In this document: positions 26,760 to 36,413 of the stretch, piece by piece
Layout: each line of letters begins with the position of its first letter
How positions within the stretch are numbered: position 1 is the first letter of the stretch
Origin: Myxococcales bacterium
Lineage (GTDB): Bacteria; Desulfobacterota; Binatia; HRBIN30
Assembly (NCBI GenBank): GCA_037445065.1
Contig: JBBILD010000005.1
Location: 96,001-160,000 of the forward strand
Direction of reading: 5' to 3'
DNA: 64,000 nucleotides
Translations under genes and position numbers: made by a program
The notes under the pieces: generated by a model
The model's input: the letters and a program-made list of their open reading frames with translations, nothing else
Databases searched by the model: none
Told to the model about the DNA's origin: nothing

Positions 26760-27899
26760 TCACCTAGGCGCCCGTGCGCTCAGCTCAATCGTCGGGCAGT
26801 GAAAGAAGCGATGGAACTCCCTGGGCAGTTCTCGGTAATCGGGGAGAGGGCCGAGACGTTCTTCGGGGCGAACCTTCGAGAACGTATGCCAAAACAACAC
26901 AGGCCCTTTCGCGGACTCGGCCTCGAGTGTCGCGATCATGCCATGGACGCACTTGGCCGTATAGGTGGCGTCCAACCACACCCCCTCGGTACCAGCGAAC
27001 CGTTGCCGCCAAGCTTCCGCGGGCGGCGAGGGCCATCCGTAACCTCGCCCCTGGAATCCATGTACAACGCGGAGGTGGAGCGAGGGGGGCACTTTAGGCA
27101 AATGTGCACCCCGGCTCCGCAACCAACGCCACGCCGCACCCGCCATGCGGATCAGCCGCGCCTCGCTCGGCGGGAAAATGTCCGTCACAAGGACCGCTCG
27201 TACTTCCGTCGGCAAACCCGCAAGAGCAAGCCCAAGGGCCAACCCGGCCGCGGTGCCGCCGCTGCCGAGAGCGACGTATACGGAACGCGGGCAAGGGCAT
27301 TCCCCTCGGTGCACCTGCGCCGCAAATTCGAGCGCTGCGTTCACAAAGGCCACGGTGCCCGCGGGAGCGCTGCCACCCGTCGGAATCACCGCGGGTGCCT
27401 GGCCTGTTGCGGCCTCCTTCGCGTACAACCACACGGCCCGCGCCGCCAGGCTGCTCACCGTGCGCCCGTAAAACAGGCGAGCCCCAGCCGCATGGAGACA
27501 GAGGAGGTTGTCTCGCACTGCCGCGGTGAGTGGTTGGTCGAGCAACCCGACCCAACATGCCAAGCCAAGCTTCCGTGAAAACAGTGCGGTGGCCAGCCCA
27601 TGGTGCGTGCCCAGACCACCGAAGGTCAGCACGGCCCGCCGCCCGCGCGCTTTGGCTTCTGCCAGCAAAAACTCGAGCTTGCGTGGTTTGTTTCCCCCGT
27701 ATTCCGGCGAACTCTCGTCGTCGCGTTTGATCCACACTTCGCTGCGGACCGCATCGCTCACGCTCTGCCAGACGTGAACCCGCGTGGGTAGCTGGGTCAA
27801 ACGAATCCGAGCGATCCGGCCTCCCAGTTCCGGATACCATCGCTCCAGCTCACTGGTCTGCTCCACGCTCGCAACAGCTTCCTCGGGCCTGCTCAACAT
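26760..27899 (-). CDS. PLP-dependent D-cysteine desulfhydrase/ACC deaminase family protein
   Basis: 'IKRDD', 'YGGNKPRKLEF', 'GSGGTAAG', 'LDATYTAK', 'FWHT'; start 27899 or 27866. Confidence 0.88.
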   Translation of the reverse strand: MLSRPEEAVASVEQTSELERWYPELGGRIARIRLTQLPTRVHVWQSVSDAVRSEVWIKRDDESSPEYGGNKPRKLEFLLAEAKARGRRAVLTFGGLGTHHGLATALFSRKLGLACWVGLLDQPLTAAVRDNLLCLHAAGARLFYGRTVSSLAARAVWLYAKEAATGQAPAVIPTGGSAPAGTVAFVNAALEFAAQVHRGECPCPRSVYVALGSGGTAAGLALGLALAGLPTEVRAVLVTDIFPPSEARLIRMAGAAWRWLRSRGAHLPKVPPSLHLRVVHGFQGRGYGWPSPPAEAWRQRFAGTEGVWLDATYTAKCVHGMIATLEAESAKGPVLFWHTFSKVRPEERLGPLPDYRELPREFHRFFHCPTIELSARAPR

Positions 27900-27992
27900 T
27901 GCACTCGCTGCGCTACCACGAAGCGCACGGAGCTGCGAGCTTCTGGCGACGTTTCCGTTGCCGGGTCCACCACCCTCCGCTAACCAAGCCCC

Positions 27993-28652
27993 GTGCTTCC
28001 GGCCCGCGACGTATGGACCCTTATGGAAAGCGGGGGCCTTGCCATGTACCCGCTTCTGCTGTGCTCGGTGGCGAGCCTGGGGATCGTGCTCGAACGAGCT
28101 TGGGTGATTACACGCGCCGCATGGGCAGGTCGGCGATTGCATCGAGCGGTGTGCGAAGCCCTTTCGGACGGTGCAACCAGCGAGGCGTTCGCGATGATTC
28201 GCCGAGACTCTTCTTTGCTCGGTCCCGTGTACCGGACGCTCATAAGCCCTGCGGACCCTGCCGAAGAGCATCGCGCCCGCTACGCCGAGCAACGCCACGC
28301 GGCCGCCGTGCGCGAACTCAAGCGCCACCTTTGGCTGGTCGGGACCATCGGTAGCCTTGCCCCCTTTGTTGGGCTCTTTGGTACTGTGTTGGGGATCGTA
28401 CGCGCTTTCGAAAATATGGCGGCAACCGGCTCGGGTGGCTTTGCCGTCGTGGCTGCGGGCATCTCCGAAGCTCTGGTGGCAACCGCTGCGGGATTGCTGA
28501 TCGGAGTGGTCTCTATCTTCTTTTACAACGCCTTCCAAGTGCGTATCACGAATTTGGCAGCAGAGTGGCGCGAGTACGTGTCAGAAATTTCCGCAAAACT
28601 GCCAGACACTCAGATTCGAGAAGGAGGGACTCGTGTCGCTCAAGTCCGTTGA
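27993..28652 (+). CDS. MotA/TolQ/ExbB proton channel protein
   Basis: 'TIGSLAPFVGLFGTVLGI', 'GISEALVATAAGL'. Confidence 0.92.
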   Translation: MLPARDVWTLMESGGLAMYPLLLCSVASLGIVLERAWVITRAAWAGRRLHRAVCEALSDGATSEAFAMIRRDSSLLGPVYRTLISPADPAEEHRARYAEQRHAAAVRELKRHLWLVGTIGSLAPFVGLFGTVLGIVRAFENMAATGSGGFAVVAAGISEALVATAAGLLIGVVSIFFYNAFQVRITNLAAEWREYVSEISAKLPDTQIREGGTRVAQVR

Positions 28653-29064
28653 TCGTGAAGCGGATGCAGACGACATCGTGGCCGAAATTAACGTCACTCC
28701 GCTGACCGACATCTTCCTGGTACTACTGATCATTTTCATGGTTACCAGCACAGCTCTGGTCCAGCAGGGTACCAATGTTCAGTTACCTCGTGCGGGGCAA
28801 GGGCAAGAAAGTGCGACCGGAGTCACGGTCACGGCCACGGCCGACGAGCGGGTGCTGGTCGAGGGACGGCCCGTACCGTTCGACCGTCTCGAGCCAGAAC
28901 TTCGCGAGGCGCTTGCCAAGGCGGGGCAGAAATCCGTTGTGCTTCAAGGGGATCGCTCCCTGGTTTTGGAGCGTGCAGTGCAAATAATGACTGTTTCGCG
29001 CCGCGCAGGGGCGGAGCGGCTTTCGATCGCCACCGTCCCCGAACCCGCGCGCGCCAAACCGTAA
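28633..29064 (+). CDS. ExbD/TolR biopolymer transport protein
   Basis: 'EINVTPLTDIFLVLLIIFMVT'. Confidence 0.92.
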   Translation: MSLKSVDREADADDIVAEINVTPLTDIFLVLLIIFMVTSTALVQQGTNVQLPRAGQGQESATGVTVTATADERVLVEGRPVPFDRLEPELREALAKAGQKSVVLQGDRSLVLERAVQIMTVSRRAGAERLSIATVPEPARAKP

Positions 29065-29071
29065 ACGAACG

Positions 29072-30607
29072 ATGGTGCACCCCGGGGAACACGAAACCGC
29101 ACGGCAAGAAAGCCGCTCGCTGCGCGCACTCAAAGACGCTTTGCGCTCGGCGCGGCCGCTGATTTACCTGCGTTCGGCCGAGGAGCATCGAATTCACAAC
29201 TTGTTACGTCAGGCTGCTTCCAGCACGTTTCCCGAGCCTCTACGCGTGTTCGTATGGTCACTCACCGAGGGACTTCGCGACGAGGAGGGAAAGGAGGTGG
29301 TGGAAGGATCCGCACAACCGCTTCGCTGCCTCGACGCAGTCGCCGCTGGACGCGAACCCGCCATTTACCTTCTCAAGGACTTCCACGAGCCGATGGGTAG
29401 CAAGCCGCTCGTGCGCCGCCGCTTGCGCGATCTTTATGAATCCTGCTTCGATGCACGCAAATTCCTGGTGATCAGCTCCCCGCTTCAGGTCATCCCGCCC
29501 GAACTCGAGCGCAACATCCTTTTGCTGGAACTCGGGCTTCCTGACCTGTCCGAGCTGAGCGATTTCGTGCGCTCCGAGATGGCCCGTGCAAGCCAGGGAG
29601 CGGCGAGCGAAGCGGTGCAAGAAGACGTGGTCCTGCAGCTCGCCCGCGCTTTGCAAGGCCTCACCATGGACGAGGCGCGGCACGCCGTGCGCCGGGCGCT
29701 GGCAAATTTTGGAACGTTGGGGCCGCACTGCCTGCCCGCGCTGCTGGAAGAAAAGCGGCTGCTCGTGAACCGAACCGGGCTGGTCCAATACGTGGCGGAG
29801 GGAACCAGTCTCGACCACGTGGGTGGCCTCGAGATTTTGAAGCGCTGGTTGCTGGAGCGGCGCAAACTCTTCCAAATGCGCGACCAGTTGAGCGCGGACA
29901 TCGTGCCCAAAGGAGTCCTGATCATGGGCATCTCGGGGTGCGGCAAGAGCCTCTCCGTCAAGGCGATCGCTTCTACCTTCGAGCTGCCACTGTACCGAAT
30001 CGACATGACGGAGATTTTTTCCGGTAAGCATGGCCCGGCGGAAAGCGCTTTTGCGGAGGCATGCAAAATCCTCGAACAGATCGCTCCCGCTGTCTGCTGG
30101 TTCGATGAAGTCGAGATGGCGGTCACCTCCTCGGAAACCGCCGGAGAACAAGGGCGGCTGTTCGCCTTCTTTCTCACGTGGATGCAAGAAAAAGCGCGCG
30201 GTTTGTTCGTCGCTGCGACCGCCAACCGCATTGACTTGCTGCCGGCGGAGATGATCCGCAAAGGGCGCTTCGATGAGGTGTTTTTCGTCGATCTGCCGAG
30301 CGACGATGAACGCGTGGAGATTTTCCGCATCCACCTCCAACGCCGTGGCGTGGACCCCAACCGCTTCCAGCTCGAACGGCTCAAACGCTTCACCAAGGGG
30401 TGGACCGGCGCCGAGTGCGAGCAATGCGTGGTCTCTGCACTCACCACCGCCAAGCTGGAAGAACGAGAGTTGACAGACGACGATCTGCTCAACGCCACTG
30501 CGGGCATTGTGCCGCTATCCAAAACCATGAAGGAGCAGGTGGACCACATCCGAGAATGGGCGCACGAGCGTGCCGTGCGCGCGTCGCCGCGGGAAGTGGT
30601 GCGCTGA
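29072..30607 (+). CDS. Ycf46-like AAA+ ATPase
   Basis: Degenerate N-terminal AAA ('LLKDFH'), 'VGGLEILKRW', GISGCGKS, 'WFDEVE', 'ATANRIDLLPAEMIRKGRFD'. Confidence 0.87.
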   Translation: MVHPGEHETARQESRSLRALKDALRSARPLIYLRSAEEHRIHNLLRQAASSTFPEPLRVFVWSLTEGLRDEEGKEVVEGSAQPLRCLDAVAAGREPAIYLLKDFHEPMGSKPLVRRRLRDLYESCFDARKFLVISSPLQVIPPELERNILLLELGLPDLSELSDFVRSEMARASQGAASEAVQEDVVLQLARALQGLTMDEARHAVRRALANFGTLGPHCLPALLEEKRLLVNRTGLVQYVAEGTSLDHVGGLEILKRWLLERRKLFQMRDQLSADIVPKGVLIMGISGCGKSLSVKAIASTFELPLYRIDMTEIFSGKHGPAESAFAEACKILEQIAPAVCWFDEVEMAVTSSETAGEQGRLFAFFLTWMQEKARGLFVAATANRIDLLPAEMIRKGRFDEVFFVDLPSDDERVEIFRIHLQRRGVDPNRFQLERLKRFTKGWTGAECEQCVVSALTTAKLEERELTDDDLLNATAGIVPLSKTMKEQVDHIREWAHERAVRASPREVVR

Positions 30608-30671
30608 CTCTTACTCCTCGAGCGCCCTGGCGCGGTTGCTTTTTCACCGAACTGCGGCATAAGCTCGCTCG

Positions 30672-31034
30672 ATGCCGCGCACCAAAAAGCCTTCAACCGT
30701 TGCAGGTATTGGAGATTACATCCGCCGCCAACGCGAACTCGCCAACCTCTCGTTGCGGAAACTCGCCGAGCAAAGCGGCATTTCCGCCGCCGTCCTACGC
30801 GAAATCGAAGCCGGCTTGCGCAACCCCAGCCGGGCGATTTTGCAGTCGATCGCGGGTGTGCTGCGCCTGTCCGCAGAGACGCTCCAGTTGCAAGCGGGCA
30901 TCATTGACCCGCGTGCTCCAGAGGACTCGGACGTGGCGCGCGAGATTCGCCGTGACCCCTACCTCACCGACCGGCAACGAGACATCTTGATCGAAGTGTA
31001 CAAAGCTTTCCGCGCCGCAAACCAGGCTCGCTAA
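30672..31034 (+). CDS. XRE-family HTH transcriptional regulator
   Basis: 'IGDYIRRQRELANLSLRKLAEQSGIS...IEAGLRNPS'. Confidence 0.88.
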   Translation: MPRTKKPSTVAGIGDYIRRQRELANLSLRKLAEQSGISAAVLREIEAGLRNPSRAILQSIAGVLRLSAETLQLQAGIIDPRAPEDSDVAREIRRDPYLTDRQRDILIEVYKAFRAANQAR

Positions 31035-31132
31035 CCAACGGAGGCACCCGGAAGGGTACTTACAAAACGGTTCCTTCTTGACCCCGTGCCCTCGCATCCG
31101 CATGAGCAAGCACCCAGAAAGGAGGTGCTTCG

Positions 31133-31633
31133 ATGGGCAAAAGAGTCTTGGGTCTCTTGGTCATTCCAATGGTTTTGGTTGCGGGTTGGCTGTGGCCTGC
31201 CGGGGCAAAGGACACCGAGAAGGTCCCCTTCCCGAAGGGCTGGCGAGGGTGGACACACGTGAAGACGATGGCCATCACTTCCGACCAACACCCTCTCTTC
31301 AACGCCTTCGGCGGCGTGCACCACATCTATGTGAACCCGACTGGGCTCAAGGCCGCCAAGAACGGGGGGCCGTATCCGGACGGCTCGGTGCTCGTCTTCG
31401 ACCTGTTGGAGTGGACCGAAAGCGGCGGTGCGTACACAGAAGGAGCGCGTAAACTAATCGGGGTCATGCACAAGGACTCGAAAAAATTCTCTGCCACCGG
31501 AGGGTGGGGATTCGAGGGGTTCAAGTCGGGTGATCCCAAGGAGCGCCTGGTCACGGACGCCACCAATCAATGTTACAACTGCCACACGGCGCAGAAGGAT
31601 CACGATTTCGTCTTCTCGCGCTATCGTGAGTGA
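31133..31633 (+). CDS. Cytochrome P460-family periplasmic protein (c'-beta type)
   Basis: Signal peptide; 'FPKGWRGW', 'YPDGSVLVFD', 'GGWGF', C-terminal CYNCH and 'DFVFS'; AGAAAGGAGG SD. Confidence 0.88.
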   Translation: MGKRVLGLLVIPMVLVAGWLWPAGAKDTEKVPFPKGWRGWTHVKTMAITSDQHPLFNAFGGVHHIYVNPTGLKAAKNGGPYPDGSVLVFDLLEWTESGGAYTEGARKLIGVMHKDSKKFSATGGWGFEGFKSGDPKERLVTDATNQCYNCHTAQKDHDFVFSRYRE

Positions 31634-31667
31634 GGGACGACCCAGATCGAACGACACCAGCCGTTCT

Positions 31668-33806
31668 CTAATCGCCGGCTGGCGCCGGCAAAGTGAAGGC
31701 GAAGGTAGCCCCTTCACCGGGCCGTCCTTCCGCCTTCACTTTCCCTCCGTGGCGACTGATTACGCGATACACCGTGGCAAGTCCGATCCCCGTTCCCTCG
31801 AACTCCTCCGGACGATGCAAACGGGAAAAAGGATGGAAGAGCTTGTGCGCAAACGCTGGGTCGAACCCGACGCCATTGTCTCGCACATAAAACCACCGTT
31901 CCCCCTCCTCCACCCAACTCCCCACCCAAATCCGGGCTTCGCTTTGGCCGCGGGTATACTTCCACGCGTTTTCGAGCAGGTTCACCGTGGCGACCTCGAT
32001 TAAATTCGGGTCGGCCTTTAAGGAGAGACCTTCCTTGACGTCCCAAATCACGCGGCGTTCCGGCTCGTTTTCGTGCAGGCTTGCCAGCACCCGCGCGCAC
32101 AGGGCGGTAAAGTCCACCGTGCGGCGGCGCAGCGGCCGGGAGCGTACGCGGGCCAGCCCGAGCAGATCTTGTAGCAAGCGGTCCAAATGCGCGGCATTCT
32201 CCCGCGCTGAGCGCGCGTAGTGGCGGGCCTGCTCGGGCAGGGTCTCGCCACAGCGCAAAAAGAGTAGTTCGCAAAAGGCAACTACGCGACGGACGGGTGC
32301 GCGGATGTCGTGCGCCAAGGAGTGCGTAAACGACTCGAGTTCGCGCACCGCTTCCTCCAGGTCGCGCGTTCGGTCGCGGACCATCTGTTCGAGACCACGG
32401 TTCAGTTCTTCCAGCGCTGCCTCCGCCTCGTGCCGCCGGGTGATGTCAACGACCGCCCCGACGTACCCCTGATCCTTTCCACCTGAGTCCGCCACTGGCG
32501 CAAGCTGCAAGGACAGCCAAATCGGAGCACCATCGCTTCGCACCACCCGCAACTCGGTTTGGAAGGGACGCTCCCGGCCGCAGCGGTGCCATTCCTCGAC
32601 CAGCCGGCCGAGTTCCCCGCCCGGCAAAAACTCCTGCCAGCCGTAACCGAGCAGTCGCTCGCGTGGCAGTTTCATCATGGCACACAAGTGGTCGTTCACG
32701 TACGTACACTCGCCTCGGCGCGTGACCTGCATGATGCCCACCGGGGCAACCTCCGCGAGCAAGCGGTAGCGTGCCTCAGCCGCTCGCCGTTCCTTTTGCG
32801 CACGCACTTCTCGTTCCTGGGCCTCGATCCGTTCGAGTCCGACGTTGAGGTTCGTGGCCAGTTCTTGCAACAAGCCGGTTGCTTCCCGGTCGAACGCTCC
32901 CGGTTCTGAGGCGTACACGGCGAGCACCCCCTGAAAGCCCCCCTTTGTTTTGAGGGGAAGCGCCACAACGGACCGGTAACCATGCGCGAGGGCTGGCCGC
33001 ACCCATGGGCGAAACGCCGGATCGGTCACCACGTCCTCCACCACTTGCGGTCGGCGCTCTCGCAGCGCCCGACCGGCCGGTCCTTGGCTCAAAATCGCAT
33101 CGTCGGTGGAAACGGTAATCTCCTGCAAATAACTCAGAGCGTGGCCCGCCCAAGCCACAGGCTTTACCGGGGCGCCCGGCCCGCCTTGCGGCACACCAAT
33201 CCACGCAAACCGGTAGCCAGTGCGCTCCACGATCACCTCGCAAACCTGGCGCAAGAGCTCCTCGCGCCGCCGGGCTCTACCCACCACCCGGTTGCAATCG
33301 CTCAGCGCACGCAGCGCCTGGTTCTGCCGGCGCAGCGCGACTTCCAGGCGGTGGCGCTTGAGCGCGTACGAGAGGCTGCGCTGCAAGCGGTCAGGGTCGC
33401 CCTGCCCCTTGCTGATGTAGTCCTGCGCACCCAGGGAAACCAAGCTGGCCGCGAAAGCCTCATCGCCGATTGCGGTCAGCACAACCACCGGTGACGAAAT
33501 GGCTCGCCGCAGTTCGGTCAGGGTGTGGGCTCCTTCGGAGTCCGGGAGCCCCAGATCTAACACCACCGCATCGAACGAATCCTGCGCCAGTGCAGCCAGA
33601 GCTTCTTGCAGCGAGCCAACCAGCGTCGCCTGGAATTCTGGGGCCCCTTCGAACGCAGGCTGCGCGAGCCAACGCTGCACGAGGCGCGCGTAGACCGGAT
33701 CGTCTTCGACGATGAGCACGCGGACTGGCAGCGCTTCCGCTCCCACCGCGGGCTCCAGCGAAGGAATGCGCGCGCCAGCCGGAGGTACGATGTACGACTC
33801 GTCCAT
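31668..33806 (-). CDS. Hybrid sensor histidine kinase (REC-GAF-PAS-HisKA-HATPase)
   Basis: REC 'LDLGLPD', GAF, PAS, 'AHDIRAP', intact 'NLLENAWKY', 'DNGVG', 'GTGIGL'. Confidence 0.92.
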   Translation of the reverse strand: MDESYIVPPAGARIPSLEPAVGAEALPVRVLIVEDDPVYARLVQRWLAQPAFEGAPEFQATLVGSLQEALAALAQDSFDAVVLDLGLPDSEGAHTLTELRRAISSPVVVLTAIGDEAFAASLVSLGAQDYISKGQGDPDRLQRSLSYALKRHRLEVALRRQNQALRALSDCNRVVGRARRREELLRQVCEVIVERTGYRFAWIGVPQGGPGAPVKPVAWAGHALSYLQEITVSTDDAILSQGPAGRALRERRPQVVEDVVTDPAFRPWVRPALAHGYRSVVALPLKTKGGFQGVLAVYASEPGAFDREATGLLQELATNLNVGLERIEAQEREVRAQKERRAAEARYRLLAEVAPVGIMQVTRRGECTYVNDHLCAMMKLPRERLLGYGWQEFLPGGELGRLVEEWHRCGRERPFQTELRVVRSDGAPIWLSLQLAPVADSGGKDQGYVGAVVDITRRHEAEAALEELNRGLEQMVRDRTRDLEEAVRELESFTHSLAHDIRAPVRRVVAFCELLFLRCGETLPEQARHYARSARENAAHLDRLLQDLLGLARVRSRPLRRRTVDFTALCARVLASLHENEPERRVIWDVKEGLSLKADPNLIEVATVNLLENAWKYTRGQSEARIWVGSWVEEGERWFYVRDNGVGFDPAFAHKLFHPFSRLHRPEEFEGTGIGLATVYRVISRHGGKVKAEGRPGEGATFAFTLPAPAGD

Positions 33807-34006
33807 GGTTCCTTCTCGCACCGGAGCAACGGGACAGATCCGGTCCCTCGCCATGAGAACACGCACCGTGCCTGCACTCAATCGAAATCTGCACGCTCAG
33901 GTTTCGCCCTTGAGGAAGCACACCACGCTCCGAGAGCTGCAGGCGCACCGACTCCCCGCATATGCCACAGCTCAGCGTTTGACGTGACTGCTCGGCTTTC
34001 CTTCCG

Positions 34007-34822
34007 CTAGCGCAGCTTCCATTGCAGGCGTCTGCCCGAGGCAAACGCCTTCTGGCCTTCTTCCAGCGCCTGCCGATCCGTGCCGAGTCCGATCAGCGCG
34101 TACCCCATTGCGAGGGCTTGCGAGCGCGACAACTCCCGCGCCGTCCACAGTGCCCGTACGGTGGCTTCGATCGCGCGGGCCGGGGCACTGGCGATGGCTT
34201 TCGCGGCCCAGCCCGCGGCAGCACGAAGCTCTGCCAGCGGCACCACCTCGGAGACTAAGCCGATCTCGTACGCCCGTCGCGCGGACAGGCGTTCGTGGTT
34301 TCCCAACAAGCTCAAGCGCATGATTTCATGGAAGGGCATCTTCTGCAGCATGTGCATGGGCTCGAAGACGGCGGCCATGCCGTAGGAAACATGCGGGTCG
34401 AAAAAGGTCGCGTGCTCCGCAGCGATGATGAACTCGACCTCCCCCAAAAGGTAAAAAGCGCCGCCACACGCCATCCCGTTCACGGCTGCAATCACTGGCT
34501 TCCACAGGTCGCAGGTCTTAGGACCGATGAGCGCGGCCGGATCGTCGAACATGAAGGGCGACGATGCTGCTCCAACCGGCACTGCCGCCCGATCGCGGCC
34601 TTCCCCCAATACCTCGTCGCGATCGATGCCCGTACAGAACGCCTTGTCCCCCGCACCAGTCAGCACCACGCAACGCACCTCCGGGCGGCGGCGCAACGCG
34701 CGCCACAGCTCGTGCAACTCGAGCTGCATCTTGGCGTTGAATGCGTTCAACCGTTGCGGCCGGTTCAAGGTGACCCAGGCAACGCCTTCATCCTCCTCGT
34801 ACAGCAAGGTCTCGAACTGCAT
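34007..34822 (-). CDS. Enoyl-CoA hydratase/isomerase (crotonase) family protein
   Basis: 'VTLNRPQRLNAF', 'AFCTGID', 'KPVIAAVNGMACGG'. Confidence 0.9.
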   Translation of the reverse strand: MQFETLLYEEDEGVAWVTLNRPQRLNAFNAKMQLELHELWRALRRRPEVRCVVLTGAGDKAFCTGIDRDEVLGEGRDRAAVPVGAASSPFMFDDPAALIGPKTCDLWKPVIAAVNGMACGGAFYLLGEVEFIIAAEHATFFDPHVSYGMAAVFEPMHMLQKMPFHEIMRLSLLGNHERLSARRAYEIGLVSEVVPLAELRAAAGWAAKAIASAPARAIEATVRALWTARELSRSQALAMGYALIGLGTDRQALEEGQKAFASGRRLQWKLR

Positions 34823-34837
34823 CGCTGCTACGCTCCT

Positions 34838-36283
34838 TCAACTCGCTACAGTGGCCGGTTTTCGTTGCACCCAAGGCTGGGCTTCCTCGAGCTGGGCTGC
34901 AACCGCAAACAGCAGATCTTCTCTGCCGTACGCAGCCACCAACTGAACACCGATCGGAAGGTTCTCATCCGTCCAAGTCATCGGCACCGAGGCTGCGGGT
35001 TGCCCAGTGACGTTAAAGGGCGCGGTGAACGCCACCATTGGGACGCTGCGCAAAAACGCTCGCATCGGCTCCTCCGGGGTGGCGCGCACCTCCCCCAATC
35101 GCGGTGGGGGCTGTGCCATCGTAGGAGTGAGCAGAAGATCGAACCCGCTTTGCCACCACGCCGCTACTCGCCGGGAAAAGCCCTGCAACCAGGCATGTGC
35201 CCGCAGCCACTGCACCGCGGACACCTCTCGTCCGGCCTGAGCCAACTGCCAGGTATGGATTTCGAGGTCCTGAGCCTCGATCGGAGAGCCCACCTCCTGC
35301 TCCCAGTGCTCGAGTTCCCAAGCCAAGGAGGCCATCACGATGGTGCCGTAATGCTGCTGCAGCTCACCCTCCGCGAGTGCAGCCGGGAACGCTTCCTCGA
35401 CTCGGTGGCCGAGTCCTTCGAGCAAGCGGGCGGCCTGCTCCGCCGCTTGCTTGCACTCGGGAGTCACTGTGGTCCAACCCGAAGGAACATGGAGCAAAAG
35501 CCCGATGCGGAGCGACCGCGGCCGCTGGCGCACGGCCTCGGTAAACGACACTGGGGGCGGCGGCGCGACGCAGGGATCTCCGGGCATCGCCCCTCCGATC
35601 CAGTCGAGCATCGCGGCGGAGTCGCGCACCGAGCGGGTCAGAACGTGCTCGGCAACGGCGCCGTCCCACAAGTCACCGAATTGGGGTCCCAGCGACACCC
35701 TCCCGCGCGAGGGCTTGAGTCCGAACAGCCCTGTCGCACTGGCCGGAATGCGAATGGACCCGCCACCGTCGTTACCATGTGCCATGGGAACCAAGCGAGC
35801 CGCGACCGCTGCCGCCGAGCCTCCACTCGAGCCACCGGGAGAGTACGCGAGGTTCCATGGGTTGTGCGTCGGCCCGTAGACCTCGGGTTCGGTGGTCGGA
35901 ACCGGACCAAACTCGGGAACGTTCGTACGGCCTAAGAAGATGAGTCCGGCCGAGCGAAATTTTTGCGCGAGGTACGTGTCGGCCTTGGCGCGGTAGTCGC
36001 GCTTCTTCAGAAAGCGCGAGCCAGCGTGAAAAGGATCGCCCGCAGTCTGGCAAATCAGGTCCTTGACCAGGAACGGAACCCCGGCAAATGGGCCACTTGG
36101 GAGCGGGCCCGTCGCAGCAGCGCGGGCCTGCTCAAACAGAGGAATGACCACCGCGTTCAATTCCGGGTTGAGGCGTTCAATGGCTGCAATCGCGTGCTCG
36201 ACGAGTTCGCGCGGACTCACCACCCGGCGCCGTACCGCCTCCGCTAGTGCCGTCGCATCTGCTTCGGTCCAGTCAACATGCAT
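34838..36283 (-). CDS. Amidase signature family protein
   Basis: 'GVPFLVKD', 'PGGSSGGSAAAV', 'DGGGSIRIPAS' (Ser-Ser-Lys triad). Confidence 0.93.
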   Translation of the reverse strand: MHVDWTEADATALAEAVRRRVVSPRELVEHAIAAIERLNPELNAVVIPLFEQARAAATGPLPSGPFAGVPFLVKDLICQTAGDPFHAGSRFLKKRDYRAKADTYLAQKFRSAGLIFLGRTNVPEFGPVPTTEPEVYGPTHNPWNLAYSPGGSSGGSAAAVAARLVPMAHGNDGGGSIRIPASATGLFGLKPSRGRVSLGPQFGDLWDGAVAEHVLTRSVRDSAAMLDWIGGAMPGDPCVAPPPPVSFTEAVRQRPRSLRIGLLLHVPSGWTTVTPECKQAAEQAARLLEGLGHRVEEAFPAALAEGELQQHYGTIVMASLAWELEHWEQEVGSPIEAQDLEIHTWQLAQAGREVSAVQWLRAHAWLQGFSRRVAAWWQSGFDLLLTPTMAQPPPRLGEVRATPEEPMRAFLRSVPMVAFTAPFNVTGQPAASVPMTWTDENLPIGVQLVAAYGREDLLFAVAAQLEEAQPWVQRKPATVAS

Positions 36284-36413
36284 AAGCTCGCTGCTTACGC
36301 TCAGCCAAATCTCGAGTCCAGAGTGGGTTGACTCACGCCTTTGGCTTGCGTCCTCGGACCAGGCCGAGTAGAAGCGGAGGCTTCACAGAATTGTCAAAGA
36401 AAGGTGCTCGGGA

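Noticed and set aside
26162..28538. Extended starts of the GMC (26425) and desulfhydrase (28538) ORFs
   Set aside because: They run through the Tat subunit gene and antisense to exbB; conserved domains begin later
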